From Trichoplax sp. H2 (Eukaryota), in NCBI GenBank assembly GCA_003344405.1, contig NOWV01000146.1:124001-188000 (forward strand): a stretch of 64,000 nucleotides of DNA, given 5' to 3'. The notes beneath the pieces were generated by a model. That model was not told the origin of the DNA, searched no databases, and worked only from the letters and a program-made list of their open reading frames with translations. A program made the translations under genes and the position numbers. This document shows positions 14,565 through 29,394 of this stretch, one piece after another. Positions within the stretch are counted from its first letter, which is position 1. The number at the start of each line of letters is the position of its first letter.

Positions 14565-17500
14565 CCATTGCCATTGTGTTGGTATAGCTAGAAGGAAGTA
14601 ATGGATGTATTTTATCATTTACCATAAGTCAATCACACCGCCTAGCTATTATCGATATAGATGCTAAGGTGTTAACTATCTATTCGTTACGACAATGAAG
14701 ACTAAAAAGCAACTCCTGTATAGTTAAAGTTGGGTTTTTCTGAGATATTTCATGTATATTATTTCATTTGGTCATCAGCGTCACTGCTCTTGTCAATTTC
14801 TATTTGCTGTATGACATTTTACTATTATATCAACAAGTAAAAATGTATTCTTTGTTGTTAAGTCTATAAACGATAGCTCTCTTGAATTGAAACAGAAATA
14901 ACTTTGTCAATGCGTTTAAAAAAAAGTAACCTTTAAATCGTTTTTACGTTTCCACACTGTAGAAGGAATGTAAAATTTTGGATAATTTTGTGAATACGAC
15001 ATTGGCAAATGTACGTTGCATCACCGTCATTGTGCAACAGTTGTAACATTTAACTATGGTTATTATGTTGTAATGAATGCTAATGTAGTATTAATAAGAC
15101 TACATGATCACGTTAAGCCACAATCAATAGTTATAGAGGAAAAAGTTTGCAGTACTGATTCAAAAATTGATGCAAGATTAAATGAAATGCTTACTATGTA
15201 ATCGTTATTTTTAGCCTTTCTAATCCTGATCACTAAAATAAAGCGAATTATGATGAATTCGCTGCATGTAGTTTGTACGATATTGCAAGTGCTTGAAAGA
15301 GGTATTTGTTAGTACTGTGACTAGCAATTTTATTCTTGGTATATTTTTTGTTGTTGTTTTATTTTTGCCTTGTTTGTAAATTTGCAGTGTCAGAGCGATT
15401 TCTACGATAGCTACAGTTTGTTGGACGTACGTATAGAATGCATTACCGTGCAGGCTCACTAGTAAGCGAATACATAAGACATTGTGTAAAGTTCTTATAC
15501 TGCTTTTTTCTTCGGTACAGTATTAATGATCACTAAATTGCATACTAAAAGAATTTAAAATAAATGCAGGAATTGTATTGCTGTACCCATAGATGTTGCT
15601 ACCTTTAATTAATTCGACTACGCGCGTTGTAGTACTTTGCTATTGTACCTCCCAACAACCATGATCGAGTTGATAACTTTATACCATAGTAGAGAGTACT
15701 AACTGTAACTGCGTGATACGTCGAATAATTCCAGTTAGAGTCAATATAGAGATATTCATGATTTGCAAAGTATGACATACTTGTACTTGTAATGTATCGT
15801 CTATTTCTACGTACACTAGATGTATAGTATATCTCGTCACTACTCCCAACGTCGGAGCAAAATCATTATAATGCATTTAAATATCAATCATGCTGGACGG
15901 TGGTTAGTCTAGACGATATTCAATGATGGGCAAGGTGAGGCAATGCAACATTTTTCGTGACAGTATTAGCACTGGTAGTTAAAGTAGTCGATCGTAGATT
16001 GGAAAGATTTTTTTTTTGGGGGGGGGGCATCTAAAATTAATACTAGAAGTTTCACTGTACGTAAAGTGATTAAAGTATGAGCCTGTACGGTATTGAAAAA
16101 TAATTGACCAAAAATGAGAGAGATGAACCCTACTGCACTGCAGTGCTCTGGTAGACTACCAGATGTGATATATGTAAGAATACATTAACCTGTTGTACTG
16201 CACCTAACGGGTTAGCATAAGATAAGGCAATGAATTACTAAGGTAAGGGTATAATACGTCATTATGGCTATACTATTTAAATGCAGTAAATCCTAAATAA
16301 AAGAGACTTTTAGTAAGCTTACCAGGAGGAGTGTATCAAAGTCTCTCGTGCTAACGTTAACGACTAAAAGAGTGGAAACACTACGCCAGTCACTACTGGT
16401 TGAGTCAAAGCACCTAATGTATCATGGCGTGATTTATTACGAATAGTTTTGCAGCAATCGTAATAATGGTAGGATACCTACAGTAGAAGTACTACTCGAT
16501 GCGATTGCTAGAGCTCTTTCAAGCCTACTCGTAACGTCTACCTTGGAAAGTGTCGAGTAGTATTGTTGATGATGAGGAATTGACTCTCGTATTACTTAAA
16601 TGACAAAGCCATTAATATCATATTTTTGATGACTGATGTTTGGCCAGTGTTGGAATAGAATCAGAATTAAATGGACTTTGATAGTTGCTACTAAGACAAA
16701 TGGTAGATCTTACAGTAAGTACTGTATTTCAGGGTAATTATTTCTTTTTATTCTTGAAGGGAATGTCGCTACGTTTCCACGACAACGTTGGCGTCAATGC
16801 ATTGTTGTGATGGCGTAATTAATTAATTTACGGTATCTCTTTGTCTAATTATTGGCCTATTTGCAAATTTAGAATCAAACTAGCAATAAAAAAATAGAGA
16901 CCCTTCCATATTGATAGCCATACCAGACTGGAATTTAATCAATACCTCGACTGACGTACAAAAATTAATTAATTATATCGACCATCGTTGATTGCCAATA
17001 CGGTATTGACGATTTGATCATCGAGTTCGCTACTCGGTATGATCACAAGCAGAATATTGGAAATTGAGTAGGCAGTGACTGATGAAAGTGAAAGAGAGTT
17101 ACCTATCATGTTTTATTTTACATAGGTAGCATATTTTCTCTTCTCTACTTTCTCGATCGTCTACCATGACGTTGACCAGTAATATTCAGTTAGGGAAAAG
17201 GAGAAAAAATGATAATTACATTTATTACTAATTGATTGATTAAAGATTCACTTCCTGTTTTTATTAACCTATATTGGCATACTGCAAGTATCTCTTTATT
17301 TTGTAAACACAGGTCGTATTTTACATTTTTTTTTTTTTCGCAGCTTGTAATGCTAACTCGGGTAGATGGACAAGAATGATAGCGATAAAGAAAAGATCTT
17401 TATTAGAGAATCAGATTTACCTAACTAGAAGAGATCAGCTTTAGCATGGAGCCATGTTAGAAATGCTACAACTGCGTCAGTTACATCTAATAGCCATATA

Positions 17501-19199
17501 CTTTGTATCTATAGTACAAGGCAGTCAGCATAGCAATGTCGTGATATATTGTGGTACGTTCTATTGTACGACAGAGCTGAGTATTATTTTTATTAAGCAT
17601 TCAAAAGCGATGTCAAATCTGCAGGCAATAATTTATGCGTATGTTGAATCACGAGCGAGTGGCAATAGAGTAAAATGTAGAATGGATTTCTTACAAGCAC
17701 TCACTCCTCTTGTCTTGCAATGAAATAGTATTGTGGTTGTCATCTGTTATTTCTGTCTACCCCTTTTGCTATTTGCTATTGATCGATTAACCTATGCTAG
17801 GCGAAAGTGCCCTGACGGAGCATTCATTTTGGTATTGAGAAATGGCGCCATGGACACGGTATAGATTAGCTATTTGTAAATTGCTAATGACTTCATGAAA
17901 CACGCTATCCAAGTTTATTCAACTATCTTGCACTATACTGATTCCAGTTCTTCTTGTAATGTACAGTATTAGGAGAGAAATGAAGTCGCTGTCATGAAAT
18001 TGAGCGAGTTGATGATGCAATGTGTATTCATTATCTCCACTTTGTGATGGAAAGTATTGGATCTGACGACTGCTGCTTGATCTCATTTGTACCATTGATT
18101 GTAATGTAATAATTAATACGCGTCAGTTGGTTGGACTGCCTACTGGTAAGCGTTAACGGAGGGATTACCGTAGTGAGTGTTGTTCAATCATTCCTAAGCT
18201 GTAGTCTGTTGCCCATCGACTCTGTCTATCCTGTAGGTTAACAAATCAGTCACAAATCATATCATTTTATGAAGCAAGACGATAGAATAGAGATGATTGG
18301 CATTGAATTTTCCGGTCGGCAAGATAGAGTGTTTATGCTCCCGCTCTGTACTTGATGTACATGTTATTCACTGACAGCATGTACTGTATGTCCACTGTTT
18401 TCAGTGGCTAATTGCCGACGACTAATTGTATGTCTATATCTCCATATGGATTATCAAGGGGTATCGCTAAAGTCGCTAACAGAGGTATAGTAGAAGTGCC
18501 AAGAAAGGTGAAAAGGACACGAGTTGGAATAAGTCTATCCACTCGTTGTCATGATATCGATCCTCGCCTGGACTGGATTAGTAAGCCATCAAGTCTATGA
18601 AGCGATTACCCCATTACTGACTGTATTAGCAAGTTCGGTCGTGTAGGCATGATGGTCATGCAAGCATGTAGAGGGAGAGAGAGAGTGGCCATCGTCGTTG
18701 TCTTGACGAATCAATTAGGGGAGGGTTAATATGTCAAGGTAGAGGAAATTTTAATGGAGTCAATGTATTTTCTTATCCAACAATGACTACCCTACTAAAT
18801 CAACAAGTCACAATGGAGTTGTTGTTATTGATGTAGGAATAAGCATCATGCAGCCATGCCTGGATGGCAAATCATCTCCTCGATACAAGCGAGATGCAAT
18901 TGTGAAAGAGTTTTGCAGTTGTTGTTGCACCCACTGTGATCGTCATCGGGTGGACTGTCCAAGTATTTCACTTGGCTATTTTTTAAAAAGGAGAGGGCAA
19001 GGCGATCTCTCCCTTGTTGGCATCGCCATCTTGGCTATCCTCGTCGTGGGTGATGATTTATTTGCCATGGTCGGATCGCATTTATTTAGCATCCGTCATC
19101 GCTGACTAAATCAACACCCTAATGTCTACAAAGACTCGCATACAATCACGTAGACGACGTGAAATTCCTCTTGCACAATCGCCATTTGTCATGACTGAT

Positions 19200-19560
19200 T
19201 GGTTCTTGTCCATACCCCCCTGTTGGTGGGTCGAAGCGCCCGTAGCCTAGGTAACCAACCCCACGTCGTCGTCCACCTTTAGACGTACAGTACCGTCGAG
19301 TAGGAGGAGGGATGACGTCGACGCTACAGTCAACCCCATCCTTCAACCGAGTTCAACGTCATCCAAGCCGACTACGGCGTGCACGCGTGGTTGATGCGTC
19401 GAGCGTCACCACCGCTCAAATCCAGCACTAGTAAAGCGCATGCGTCCTCTTGCTTTCTTCCTCCTCCCTCCCTCTTTTCAACCCTACCGTGGATACCAAG
19501 CGGGTTGTCGACTTGTCTTTGTTTACTTGTTTACAGTAGCCAATACAATTCGTCGTCTAC
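19200..19560. promoter_or_regulatory. orphan GC/CpG-rich promoter-like island
   Basis: Visibly GC-rich against an AT-rich background; TGACGTC (~19313), GCGCATGCG (~19436), two TGTTTAC (~19520, ~19528), pyrimidine tract ~19445-19479. Confidence 0.5.
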
Positions 19561-20568
19561 AGTAGAGTAGAGTCCAGGCTGGCCAAGCTTGCTGAAGGAG
19601 GAACGATCTTGAGTTGACCCAATCGTGGCCATGGTAGATGGCAAGATGACGAATTAACCATTGGTATTGATCCATCGTTGTTGGTAAAGTGTTGATCCAG
19701 CAGATTGATAGTCCGTATTCTTTATTCTTGTTGTTGACTAAACGTTGAAGAAGATCGACAAAGTGGTCGTCGATTTAAAATCCATTGGGTGGTAAGACAG
19801 GCAGAGAAAAAGCCAAAACACGCTGGCAGCAAATTCACCCAATTGACTGCCATCATCGACCCCCCAAAAAAAAAACAACAACAACAACAGGCATAGAAAA
19901 TGGGATCGTCTTGCGCCAAAGGCAATCGCAATAATCAAGCCGATAAAGTCAAAGATGAAGAATCCATGTCCTCAAGTAGGACATCGCGAGCGCCTGCAGG
20001 GTAATGTGGATAGTCTAATTAAAAAAATTGCTTGTTTTTTTTCATCATCGTTCATTCGTTCAACGATCGACCACTTCATGCTATCCTATATCCATCAATC
20101 AGTCAAGATGACACAAAACAATCGTAGCTCTTGTCGTTCATCATCTTACATCACTTGTAGGCCATGTTATCATTTCAAGCCCCCCTAGTTAGGCTATCAT
20201 CGTTCAAGACCCCATTCTCTCCATCATGATGGCTAGCATGATGAGACGGATGCGATGTGGCAACGGATTCAATCATCTGATGTCGACTTGCAATATAATC
20301 CATCCTTGTTCTTGACTACACTCATCATCCACTTATTTTTCATCAATCGATCGCTATGCTATTCATGCAAATAACTCTATCCAACGCAAAAAAAGCAACA
20401 ACATACTTCCATAGGAGAGGATAGACCAACAATACTACACCATCAGACAGGCATACACTCGGTAGTCGTTAGCTTAATATCTTCAAAGACCGGCCCCTAC
20501 TTTTTAATCGACGCCAATCTATCCCATACGCAGACAATCCTTTGTACTATATCCTATATCGATACAGG

Positions 20569-20601
20569 TGATGATGATAATGATGATGATGATGATGATG
20601 A
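20569..20601. repeat. (TGA)n microsatellite, one interruption
   Basis: tgatgatgataatgatgatgatgatgatgatga. Confidence 0.9.
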
Positions 20602-21422
20602 AAAACAATCCTAACCCTGGACAATTTGCACTCTTGATACTCAACACCAACCTCTACAACGGTAGACGAGGCTACTTCCATATCGATCCCAACTGTACGA
20701 TCGATGCGGATCTACTGCCAAATTGAACTCTTATTTTCAACCGGCAATCTTTCCTACTACAGCCATCCCTTGTGGATGCTTTTGCAAATCCCATTGACTA
20801 GAGGTTGATTCTATGCATATGATCGGTCTATTAGACGACTTTCCTAATCGCAATAGGCAATAATACGATAATGCCAATCAACAAGGCTTGAAACTCCATC
20901 GAAACACCGCAATCGCTTGATCAATTCATCACAGCGTGAATAGACGATGTCAACATCGTTTATACTAACTCGTCTTGATGGATGGCGTTTCTATCGGCCA
21001 TCGCAAATAGGCGCTCCACGTATTCTACTGACTATCCTATCGCACACCGACGTCAATCGATATCCATGCCCAAAATAAATTCAACTACATACCCATGCAA
21101 TCAATCCTGACTTGGATACAGAATATCATCATCATGTCGACAACACGAGCTGCACTGTCATGACTAGCCTAGAATGGAACATCATTGAATTTCCAACATG
21201 CCCGGAAAAGAGTTGAATTGAACAATAGTAATCGATCCTAGTAGTACGGACTTGGATTCCTATTTCAACTCATTCTAATTGGCCTAGTATACCAAATTAA
21301 AATGGATCCCAGCAAAAGCATAGGTCACAAGCAATTTGCGGATGGCAGGCGCAGAGAATCCACTCGCAATCCATCCTATAGAACTTGACTTCATCTCATG
21401 ACAACAGCACTCATGTTACTCT

Positions 21423-21764
21423 TCTCAATCATGTCATGCGAGTAGTAAGTAAAAGACGAGATTAAAAATCAAAAATTTAACGCCTTACTAACTCATTGGG
21501 GACAATACCCTGAATATCAATTTGCAATGGAGTTGTTCAACAACGATTGAACCAAAAACTCTTTGCAATCGTTGTTGAATACTGCCTTGCTACTCTCAAT
21601 CATGTCGTGCGAGTAGTAAGTAAAAGACGAGATTAAAAATCAAAAATTCAACGCCTTACGAACTCATTGGGGACAATACCCTGAATATCAATTTGCAATG
21701 GAGTTGTTCAACGACGATTGAACCAGAAACTCTTTGCAATCGTTGTTGAATACTGCCTTGCTAC
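21423..21764. repeat. recent tandem duplication, 2 x 171 bp
   Basis: Copies 21423-21593 and 21594-21764 differ at only a handful of positions; both start TCTCAATCATGTC. Confidence 0.95.
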
Positions 21765-23282
21765 ACAACACCACCTACTTCAACTGGGCTACCAACCATT
21801 CCTACAAGGATAACAAGCGGATAGTGGAAAAATCATTTGCCAATACTGTAGTCAACCCAAAGTGTCTCTCCTATCTACCGGATAGAAAGGATTATGAATT
21901 CATCCAAAATAATCATAATGGACTACGGTAGCGTCACGATTGATTTCAATATTCACATGCAAGCAATTGCCACCTTTTTAATACTGCTTGTCGGTCATAT
22001 CCGCTACCTTTATACAGTATTTTGTAATCGTAAATTGTCACTGATTAGACTTCCATTAAAGTCTCCTTCAAGTTGCCATTATTTCCAATTTTTTTTCCAT
22101 CCTCCATGAAAAAGTCATCCAATCATCTTGTTGACTCTATGCAATACTCTACTACGCAAGAAACGTCCCCACCGACCACGATACTGTACGTAGTGCCAAC
22201 TTGGAAAAATGACATTAGTTCTCTAATTGAAAAAGGAAAAAGTAAATTGTTGCAAAATCACTCATTTACACGATCTATCCTTACTGTCTTGATGACGATG
22301 ATCGAAAAGTGATTGGGCCCCCCCAAAATGTCTCCTTTTTTTTTTCCATCAAAAATGATTGTATGGCTAATACGAAGATGCTGTAGTGTGATTGCATCCT
22401 TCTCGTCATACTGACTACAGCACCCTTTTGGCTAGCTAGAAAGTTGTATCAATTTCTCCCCATTTTTGATTAATTCAATTCATTAATATTACTTTTAACA
22501 AGCCTCAATTTATTTCTTCAAACTGACTTCTATCCACTTTGACAGTATCACCACCAATATTCTAACTTTCTCAATATGCAAACTTGAAATGTTAAAGAAG
22601 GAGCGTCTGAATGGACGCGTTGCGAGGGGTAATTAATCCATTCCAATTCAACTCTACATTTATAATGAAGTCGATAATTAAATCGATCATCATCTTAATC
22701 ACAGTAAACTTTGGATGTTCAAAATTATGCCAGGCATCTTGTCTTTTTCCCGCTATGGTTACCAGGCTTTACCGTCCGATTTTAATGTCAATCCTCACTG
22801 AAAACCATCGGCTTACTCATCCCTATTGCATATGCTAATATGGCGTATTCTACTTCTTGTCATATTCATTTGCTTTTCTATGATACAATTTGCCCTCGAT
22901 CGATGCATTGATTTCCCCTCTATATCCAGACAGGAACCCAACTAGGATTGATACACTGCTGTTGAAAGCCTACTCATGACATTGCCTATCAGCGATCGTT
23001 TTTCCTCCTATGCATTAGCGTAGAAGGAATAATTTGCTTCTCTCGACACTGGCTATCAATCAGCATAGCCGGCTTGGGAGATAGGAATGTATCATCACTG
23101 TCGTCGTTCTCATCTCTGCACTTACAGTAGTTCAAATCGACTTGATTCATGCATTCTCTGACCAATTCACCATAAGCAACGTAGTATCATTCAATCAAGA
23201 TGGAAAATGCATCCTCAATTCCATTTCGATAGTATTCTATCAGTGTTAAACGACACTATACGACATGATGTCGTGTTGGCCT

Positions 23283-23710
23283 TGATCAACCTACGATGGA
23301 GTACTATTCAATTTGTTGTTGTTCAAGCAGGCGAATATTCTCAGTCCATTTCGCCGCCGTGATCAACACATGATGTAGACCTATCCTCGTATTGAATTTA
23401 GTGGTCAAGCCGGCGACTATTCTTAGTCGAATTGGCCGCCGTGATCAACATAGGATGGAGATGTCTTGAACTTGTTAGTCAAGCAGATGAATATTCTGTG
23501 TCCTGAACTTGTTAGTCAAGCAGGCGAATATTCTATGCCGGAAACTTGTTAGTTAAGCAGGCGAATATTGTATGTCCGATTGACTGCGATCAACACCAAT
23601 TTGTTAGTCAAGCAGGCGAATATTGTATGTCCGATTGACTGCGATCAACACCAATTTATTAGTCAAGCAGGCGAATTGTAGATGCCTTTGAAATTGGTTT
23701 TTCAAGCAGT
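23283..23710. repeat. minisatellite with 24-bp core TTGTTAGTCAAGCAGGCGAATATT and variable linkers
   Basis: Core or variants at ~23316, 23397, 23472, 23509, 23546, 23601, 23656, with a remnant at ~23697. Confidence 0.9.
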
Positions 23711-25987
23711 CTACGTCTGCCTAAAATACTCCTAATTTATTTTCATGGAGAAGGAATAAACTAGTCTTCAATGTCCAACACCATGACAACGAAGTGTCCA
23801 ATCGATAGGTCGAGACGGTGTCGTTTATACTTTTGAAACACTTGCCTTAATTCATGTACTCATCAGGCAAACTAGTCATGGCCGCCAGCGTTTTTTCTCC
23901 GTTTTAATGCCTATAAAAATGGCCACTACATCATTCATTGTAATGTTCACTAGAACCATCTTATCCCTTTTTTTTCCTGACTCAACCATAGCCATAAGAG
24001 TCGTCGTTGGACATTTCGCCATGGTACGCATATATCAATATGAGGATTTATTCAAGAAAGATCTTTGCGGCTGTAAAAACTCCCCATACAGCTACAAATT
24101 TTCCTTTAGCAATCTCCCTATCGTCATGATAACGGATTGACCATGATCGACTAGTGTATTCTACCTTGTTATTGGGAGGGAAATGAATTATATACTTGAA
24201 ATTCTGATACAAAATGTCGCCATAGGCTATCAAACAGAGCGATCAATGTCGTCGCGCTCGATCGTATTGGAGAGCCATGGAGTAGTAGTAGTAGTAATTT
24301 TAGATCAAGTTTGAGAAGAAATGGAGGATAGGAATACACTGTAGTATCGTCCGTTATTTGAGAGAAATTTGTCAAGTCTGGATACCAATACGATCAGTCA
24401 ATATGCCATCAGCAAGCGATATTATTTTAGGCCGGTAAATAAACAGATCCATTTCAGAATGTTTGCTACATCTTGATTTAATAAGAATCTTATCCAACTG
24501 CTAAATCTACTTGAATAATAACCATGCCAACAACTTGATCCATTTTATATTCCTGTACTACCTTTTGATTGCCCCCATAGAAATGATTCATTGACTAGGA
24601 CGTCGTGATATTCGCTGCAAATTATCCCTCGTCTCATCATCAATCTGTTACGATTATCTTGTTGATAGACGACCTCAGTAATCTGATTGCCCTCCCATCA
24701 GTTCCATTGGAATCCATTTCTTGATGATATGGACACATGCTGTCAACGTTGTAACAACGGAATCGGTGACGATAGGAGAAATGGTTTGCCTGCAGTAAAG
24801 TAAAACTCCTTGATCGCCAATTTCTTGATACTAGATTGATTAGACTAAAAACTCTCCATCACCATCCCCCTGTTGGATCCATAGACAAATGGACATGACT
24901 TCGTTTATCCAACTGGAAGTCGTCATCAATTCTTTTTACCCCTGAAGTTATGCTTGGATGTAGTTTCAATGAGATCCAATTCGATTATTCCCCAAGCATG
25001 ATCTATAGTAGATGATTGCATTCTGCCCTACTTATCGTTTCATAAAATATGAAAAATTGCAGCGAACGCCATTGCAAAATGATGACTTTAAAGACTTTGT
25101 TTTATGCTGTTGGAATTATGATCGTTATTTATTCTACTCTCATCAAAGAATCAGAAAAATGGATAGGAGAAACCCTTGATCTGCACAGTATATTCCATTC
25201 GGGAAAGGACAAACTACCCGACAATTTAAAAAGCTATACAGTATTTCCTTGAATGAGCCGAGCCGGCTTCCATACTTTTAGTATTCCTGTACTATAAAAA
25301 TTAGAATAGTCACCGTCAAGAACGTATTTTAGTAGGCAAGACGATATCGTGTCAAGTATTTGGCTGGCCTTCATAGGCGTTCACATAGAACTAATCATGA
25401 AAAATGAAGATAGAATAGCTGTAGTAATGTAGTGGTGACATAATATTGTAAGCTAGAAGAAATATGGAAACATGTCTCGTCATTATCCATCAAGAAGCTA
25501 AAAATAGTGCGATCCTATACACTGCCTACGTTCAGAATACCCCCCCCCCATCAATGCTGGTATACTTGTCAATGGAAAGACAGATATTGCAATCATGGAC
25601 GATGATCGATACCCTGTCATCATTTCATTGACTTTCTAGCTAATTTGAGGTCTTTCCACTGAAGTAGTGCCTAGCAATTGATCGATGTAAAACCACCAAT
25701 GGAATTACTTCAATAGAATGAGTCAACCATGGATTCTATCTTGCCAGATCATATTTCAATGATTGCAAGCTAACCAACGAATACTCGTATTGATTCCTTG
25801 GCCATTTCTACCCATTAGCAAATTGGAAATTTCATTACCCACGTATTCACAGTATCCACCGTTGATACGTAGGTTAACAGAATACCCGTAGAAAAGTTGG
25901 GCTAGGATGAACTAGTTGCATCGATTACTATACTTAGATTAAAAGTGAAATAATACCAATCTCCGACATCAAACCAATTTATCGATG

Positions 25988-26214
25988 ATGGACAACATCC
26001 GATGGTATAGCCTTTCAAGGTAGATGCTGCCTCGATCGACTTTGAAAAGCAATGTCAAACATCAGTCGTGATCGCAAAAACTTTGATCGACCTAGACTAG
26101 ATTATAGATCATGACAACATCCAATCGTATAGCCTTTCAAGGTAGATACTATCTCAATCTACTTTGAAAAGCAATATCAAACATCAGTCATGATCATGAA
26201 AGCTTTCATCGACC
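25988..26214. repeat. tandem duplication, period ~122 bp
   Basis: GACAACATCC..GTATAGCCTTTCAAGGTAGAT..ACTTTGAAAAGCAAT..TCAAACATCAGTC..ATCGACC at 25991 and 26113. Confidence 0.9.
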
Positions 26215-29200
26215 CGTACAAGGAGAGTTCAGAAATGGACATGATGGGAATCGTGAGTGAAATAGAGTGGTGATAGAATAGGGGATAGACTTAATAATGG
26301 TAATAACTTTAGTCTTAATGAAAATAATATACCTGTACCAACGCAATTAAATAATCACATTAGAAAACCTCGGGCTATAACGTGATGGATTATAAAGAGT
26401 CGATAGAGAAAAAGAAGATATTCTAACCCTAACCCCCCCCCCTCCATTTTTAAAAGCGGTTGTCGTTCTTATTGATATTCGTACAGTAATTTTACAGATT
26501 AGAGTAAAAATAGCGTTCAGTCAATGATAGATTGTCAATGGTCTGTACACTTTATCACCAAGACGTGAATAACATGTACTCAATATTTTGTTATGGTGAG
26601 AATTCATTTTCTAATCAAGATTGATGGATACAGTCCTTATCCTTTACCTATATCGGACTAGCCATCAAAATGGCGCCTTGAGAAAGTATCGCCAGTCAAC
26701 GATAGAAATGTCTTTTCATATTGAACTTAATTCTACTACGTCTATAGCGACTGGATTGAATTTTTTTATAACTTGATTCGTCTGCTCAATCGGTCATTAT
26801 TGCAGTAGGAGAGAAGTAGATACAGTATGATTGCTTGAATCGGTAGCAATAGTTCAACCATTTTATAACCCTTGCAATTGTATCAACAACTTCTACTTTA
26901 TTGGCTGCAATACAACCCTTGACCGCTTGAAAATGGCCATTAAATAGATATTGCTGTACCACATGCAAACTATTGATAAATGTTTTCTAATTGACCCAAA
27001 ACAATGTGACTTAATTGATCATCATCAAATAGATTGAATTCTTGACAATCCACTATAAAAATAGACTTTACTTTTTCCTAACGGACAATACTTACCCATG
27101 CATCTAATTGGATTGTATAAGTTGGAAAAAAAATGCAGCTTCTACACTTATTCATTCCTTTTTCATTTCGTCTACAATAGCAGTTATGTCATTACGGTTG
27201 ATTTCAATACCATCACTTAAAGAACGACAAAAGATGGCGATGATGAATGATTACTTTATTGAACAACTCAATGTCTATTTTAATCAGTAGAGAAAAACGT
27301 CTAGAATAGGATTGTATTGATCATCACTAGAGTGTGTTAGCTAAGCATAGAATCAATCTTTCAAAACACATCAATCTCGAAGGGTAAAAATGAACATAGT
27401 TGACATGGCATGATCGATGAAAGCTGCAACCTATTATCTGATGGTATTCCTAATGACTTCTAGCTAGTTTCCTTTATCAACTATCCTATTCCGATAGACT
27501 ATTCCATCAGCCAATTCATTAGCAATAGAAATTGAGTCAGAAATTTTGCTATAGTATTCTTTCACGGAAGAATTATTTTATACTTTGTTCATTTTGACAA
27601 ATGATTCATCATCTACCTCGCCCCAAATGAAAGTACAGCCATGATTAATAGAACACCGTAATCTTTCAACTTTTGACAAAGACTACTCCAATCTTCCTCA
27701 TTGAGTAGTCCATAACCTTGACAAGGATTTCATTGACTGTATTACAATTTTGAACAATCAATATCGGAGATGACGTTAACCTTGTCAACATGGACAATCT
27801 ATTCTCCATATCCAAATTTAATCATCATGATAGACTAGAGGAACGATGTAACCAAGTTGACAGCAGGAACAGGAGTATCAAGGTTATGGATACTTTTACA
27901 AATGGATAGGAATGACAATGATAATTTATTATCATAACGTTATTTTGGTTGAAGTATTTTTCCTTAATCATCTCTATCCATAATCTATCTATTATGACCT
28001 TGATAGAAAAAAAAATAGTACTATTGTACGTCCATACAATTTCGATCATTCTCTACTTTGGTCTACAAGTGAGTAGAATAGACTAGTTCATTATGGATCC
28101 ATTTTAAAAATGGATTCTTTTTCCCCCTACCATAGTTATCCATAGAGCAAGAATCGCTAATAATATATTCTATAGCGTTGATGATCATTGTCATTGCAAC
28201 AACTAAACTCGTCGTCCCCCCCCCCATCATATCAAATTAATTTACTATAGCGATAGGATGATATAGAAAAATTTCATGTTAGAGTGGCGAGAACCTTGGG
28301 TATACAGTATAGTAACTTAGACTTTTAAGTGAATATTAAAATATCCGGTAATACACTTGTACCTGTTATAACTTATTCGTCTTGACCAAGCTTGCTACAT
28401 GTTATTAGCAATCCGTCGTATTGATTGTCATCACTATTGACATAGACACTAAATTAATGAAAGACGGGATGGGATGGCTTGTAGAATAGTAATTCATCAA
28501 GCTACTGTACTAGCAAAAAATCGAAAATTTTTTTTTCCATACAATCGATCAGAGCAACCACTTTTATAGTCAAATTTGAAAATTTTCCCTTCGTCATCAG
28601 TAGATGATTGTGGTCAAGCTAAGCTTTATAGGATATCTATCGACAGCATAGCACTTATTTCGATTAATGTGTCCAAGCATAAATCGGTATGCAATCGATT
28701 GATTTGTAATGGAGACCCAACCCAATCTTTTCCAATCCATTTGGTAGGGATAATATAGAAATAATATCCATTGGAAAACACCCTGCCTTCATTGCACAAC
28801 CGTTGAAAACTTCTTAGGCATGTCAAATCCATTGCAATAGAATGGCTATCAGTAATACATCATCGATATACTGTAGTAGTATTCTATTTGCATAGAATAT
28901 CCACCAATAGCGTCCATGATGGACATATTAAAATATTAATGACACTATAAGTTAGTACTGGACCGAATTCCAATGATCAATAAATAGAAAGCTTAATAAC
29001 AAATAACACTTGAACAAACGTAAAATTAAGACGATTCCATTGCGCGATGACAAGGATATCATTGACAGACAACAGCTATTGTATCCGCCATTGCTGTTAT
29101 TGACTCTAGTTAAAATAGGAATCAATCAATCATTTTTTAAAGCCGATCGCTAGAGTAATTACTTTTGCAATAAATTTCAAACGTCAACATTTTGGATCTA

Positions 29201-29394
29201 TCTTGAACTACAATCAATCCTCTGACTATAGATTATAATAAATATTTTTATTCATCAAGAGAGTATCACGAATAATCGTTCTATCTTGATGCATTTAAAT
29301 GCTATTTCTACTTTTACATTCAAAGAAATGAGTCCATTATCCATCTGATTCTATTGTCTTCAAACTGACATTCATAACTATTTAAATCAATAAA

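Noticed and set aside
20660-21110. Ankyrin-like fragments (IDIHAQNKFNYIPMQ, LSHTDVN)
   Set aside because: Short, in different frames and surrounded by stops; not distinguishable from chance without an HMM search.
23283-23710. CRISPR array
   Set aside because: Eukaryotic context, no cas genes, and linkers are variable in length and related or identical to one another.
26423-26442. Interstitial telomere repeat (CTAACC)2
   Set aside because: Only two units; expected by chance.
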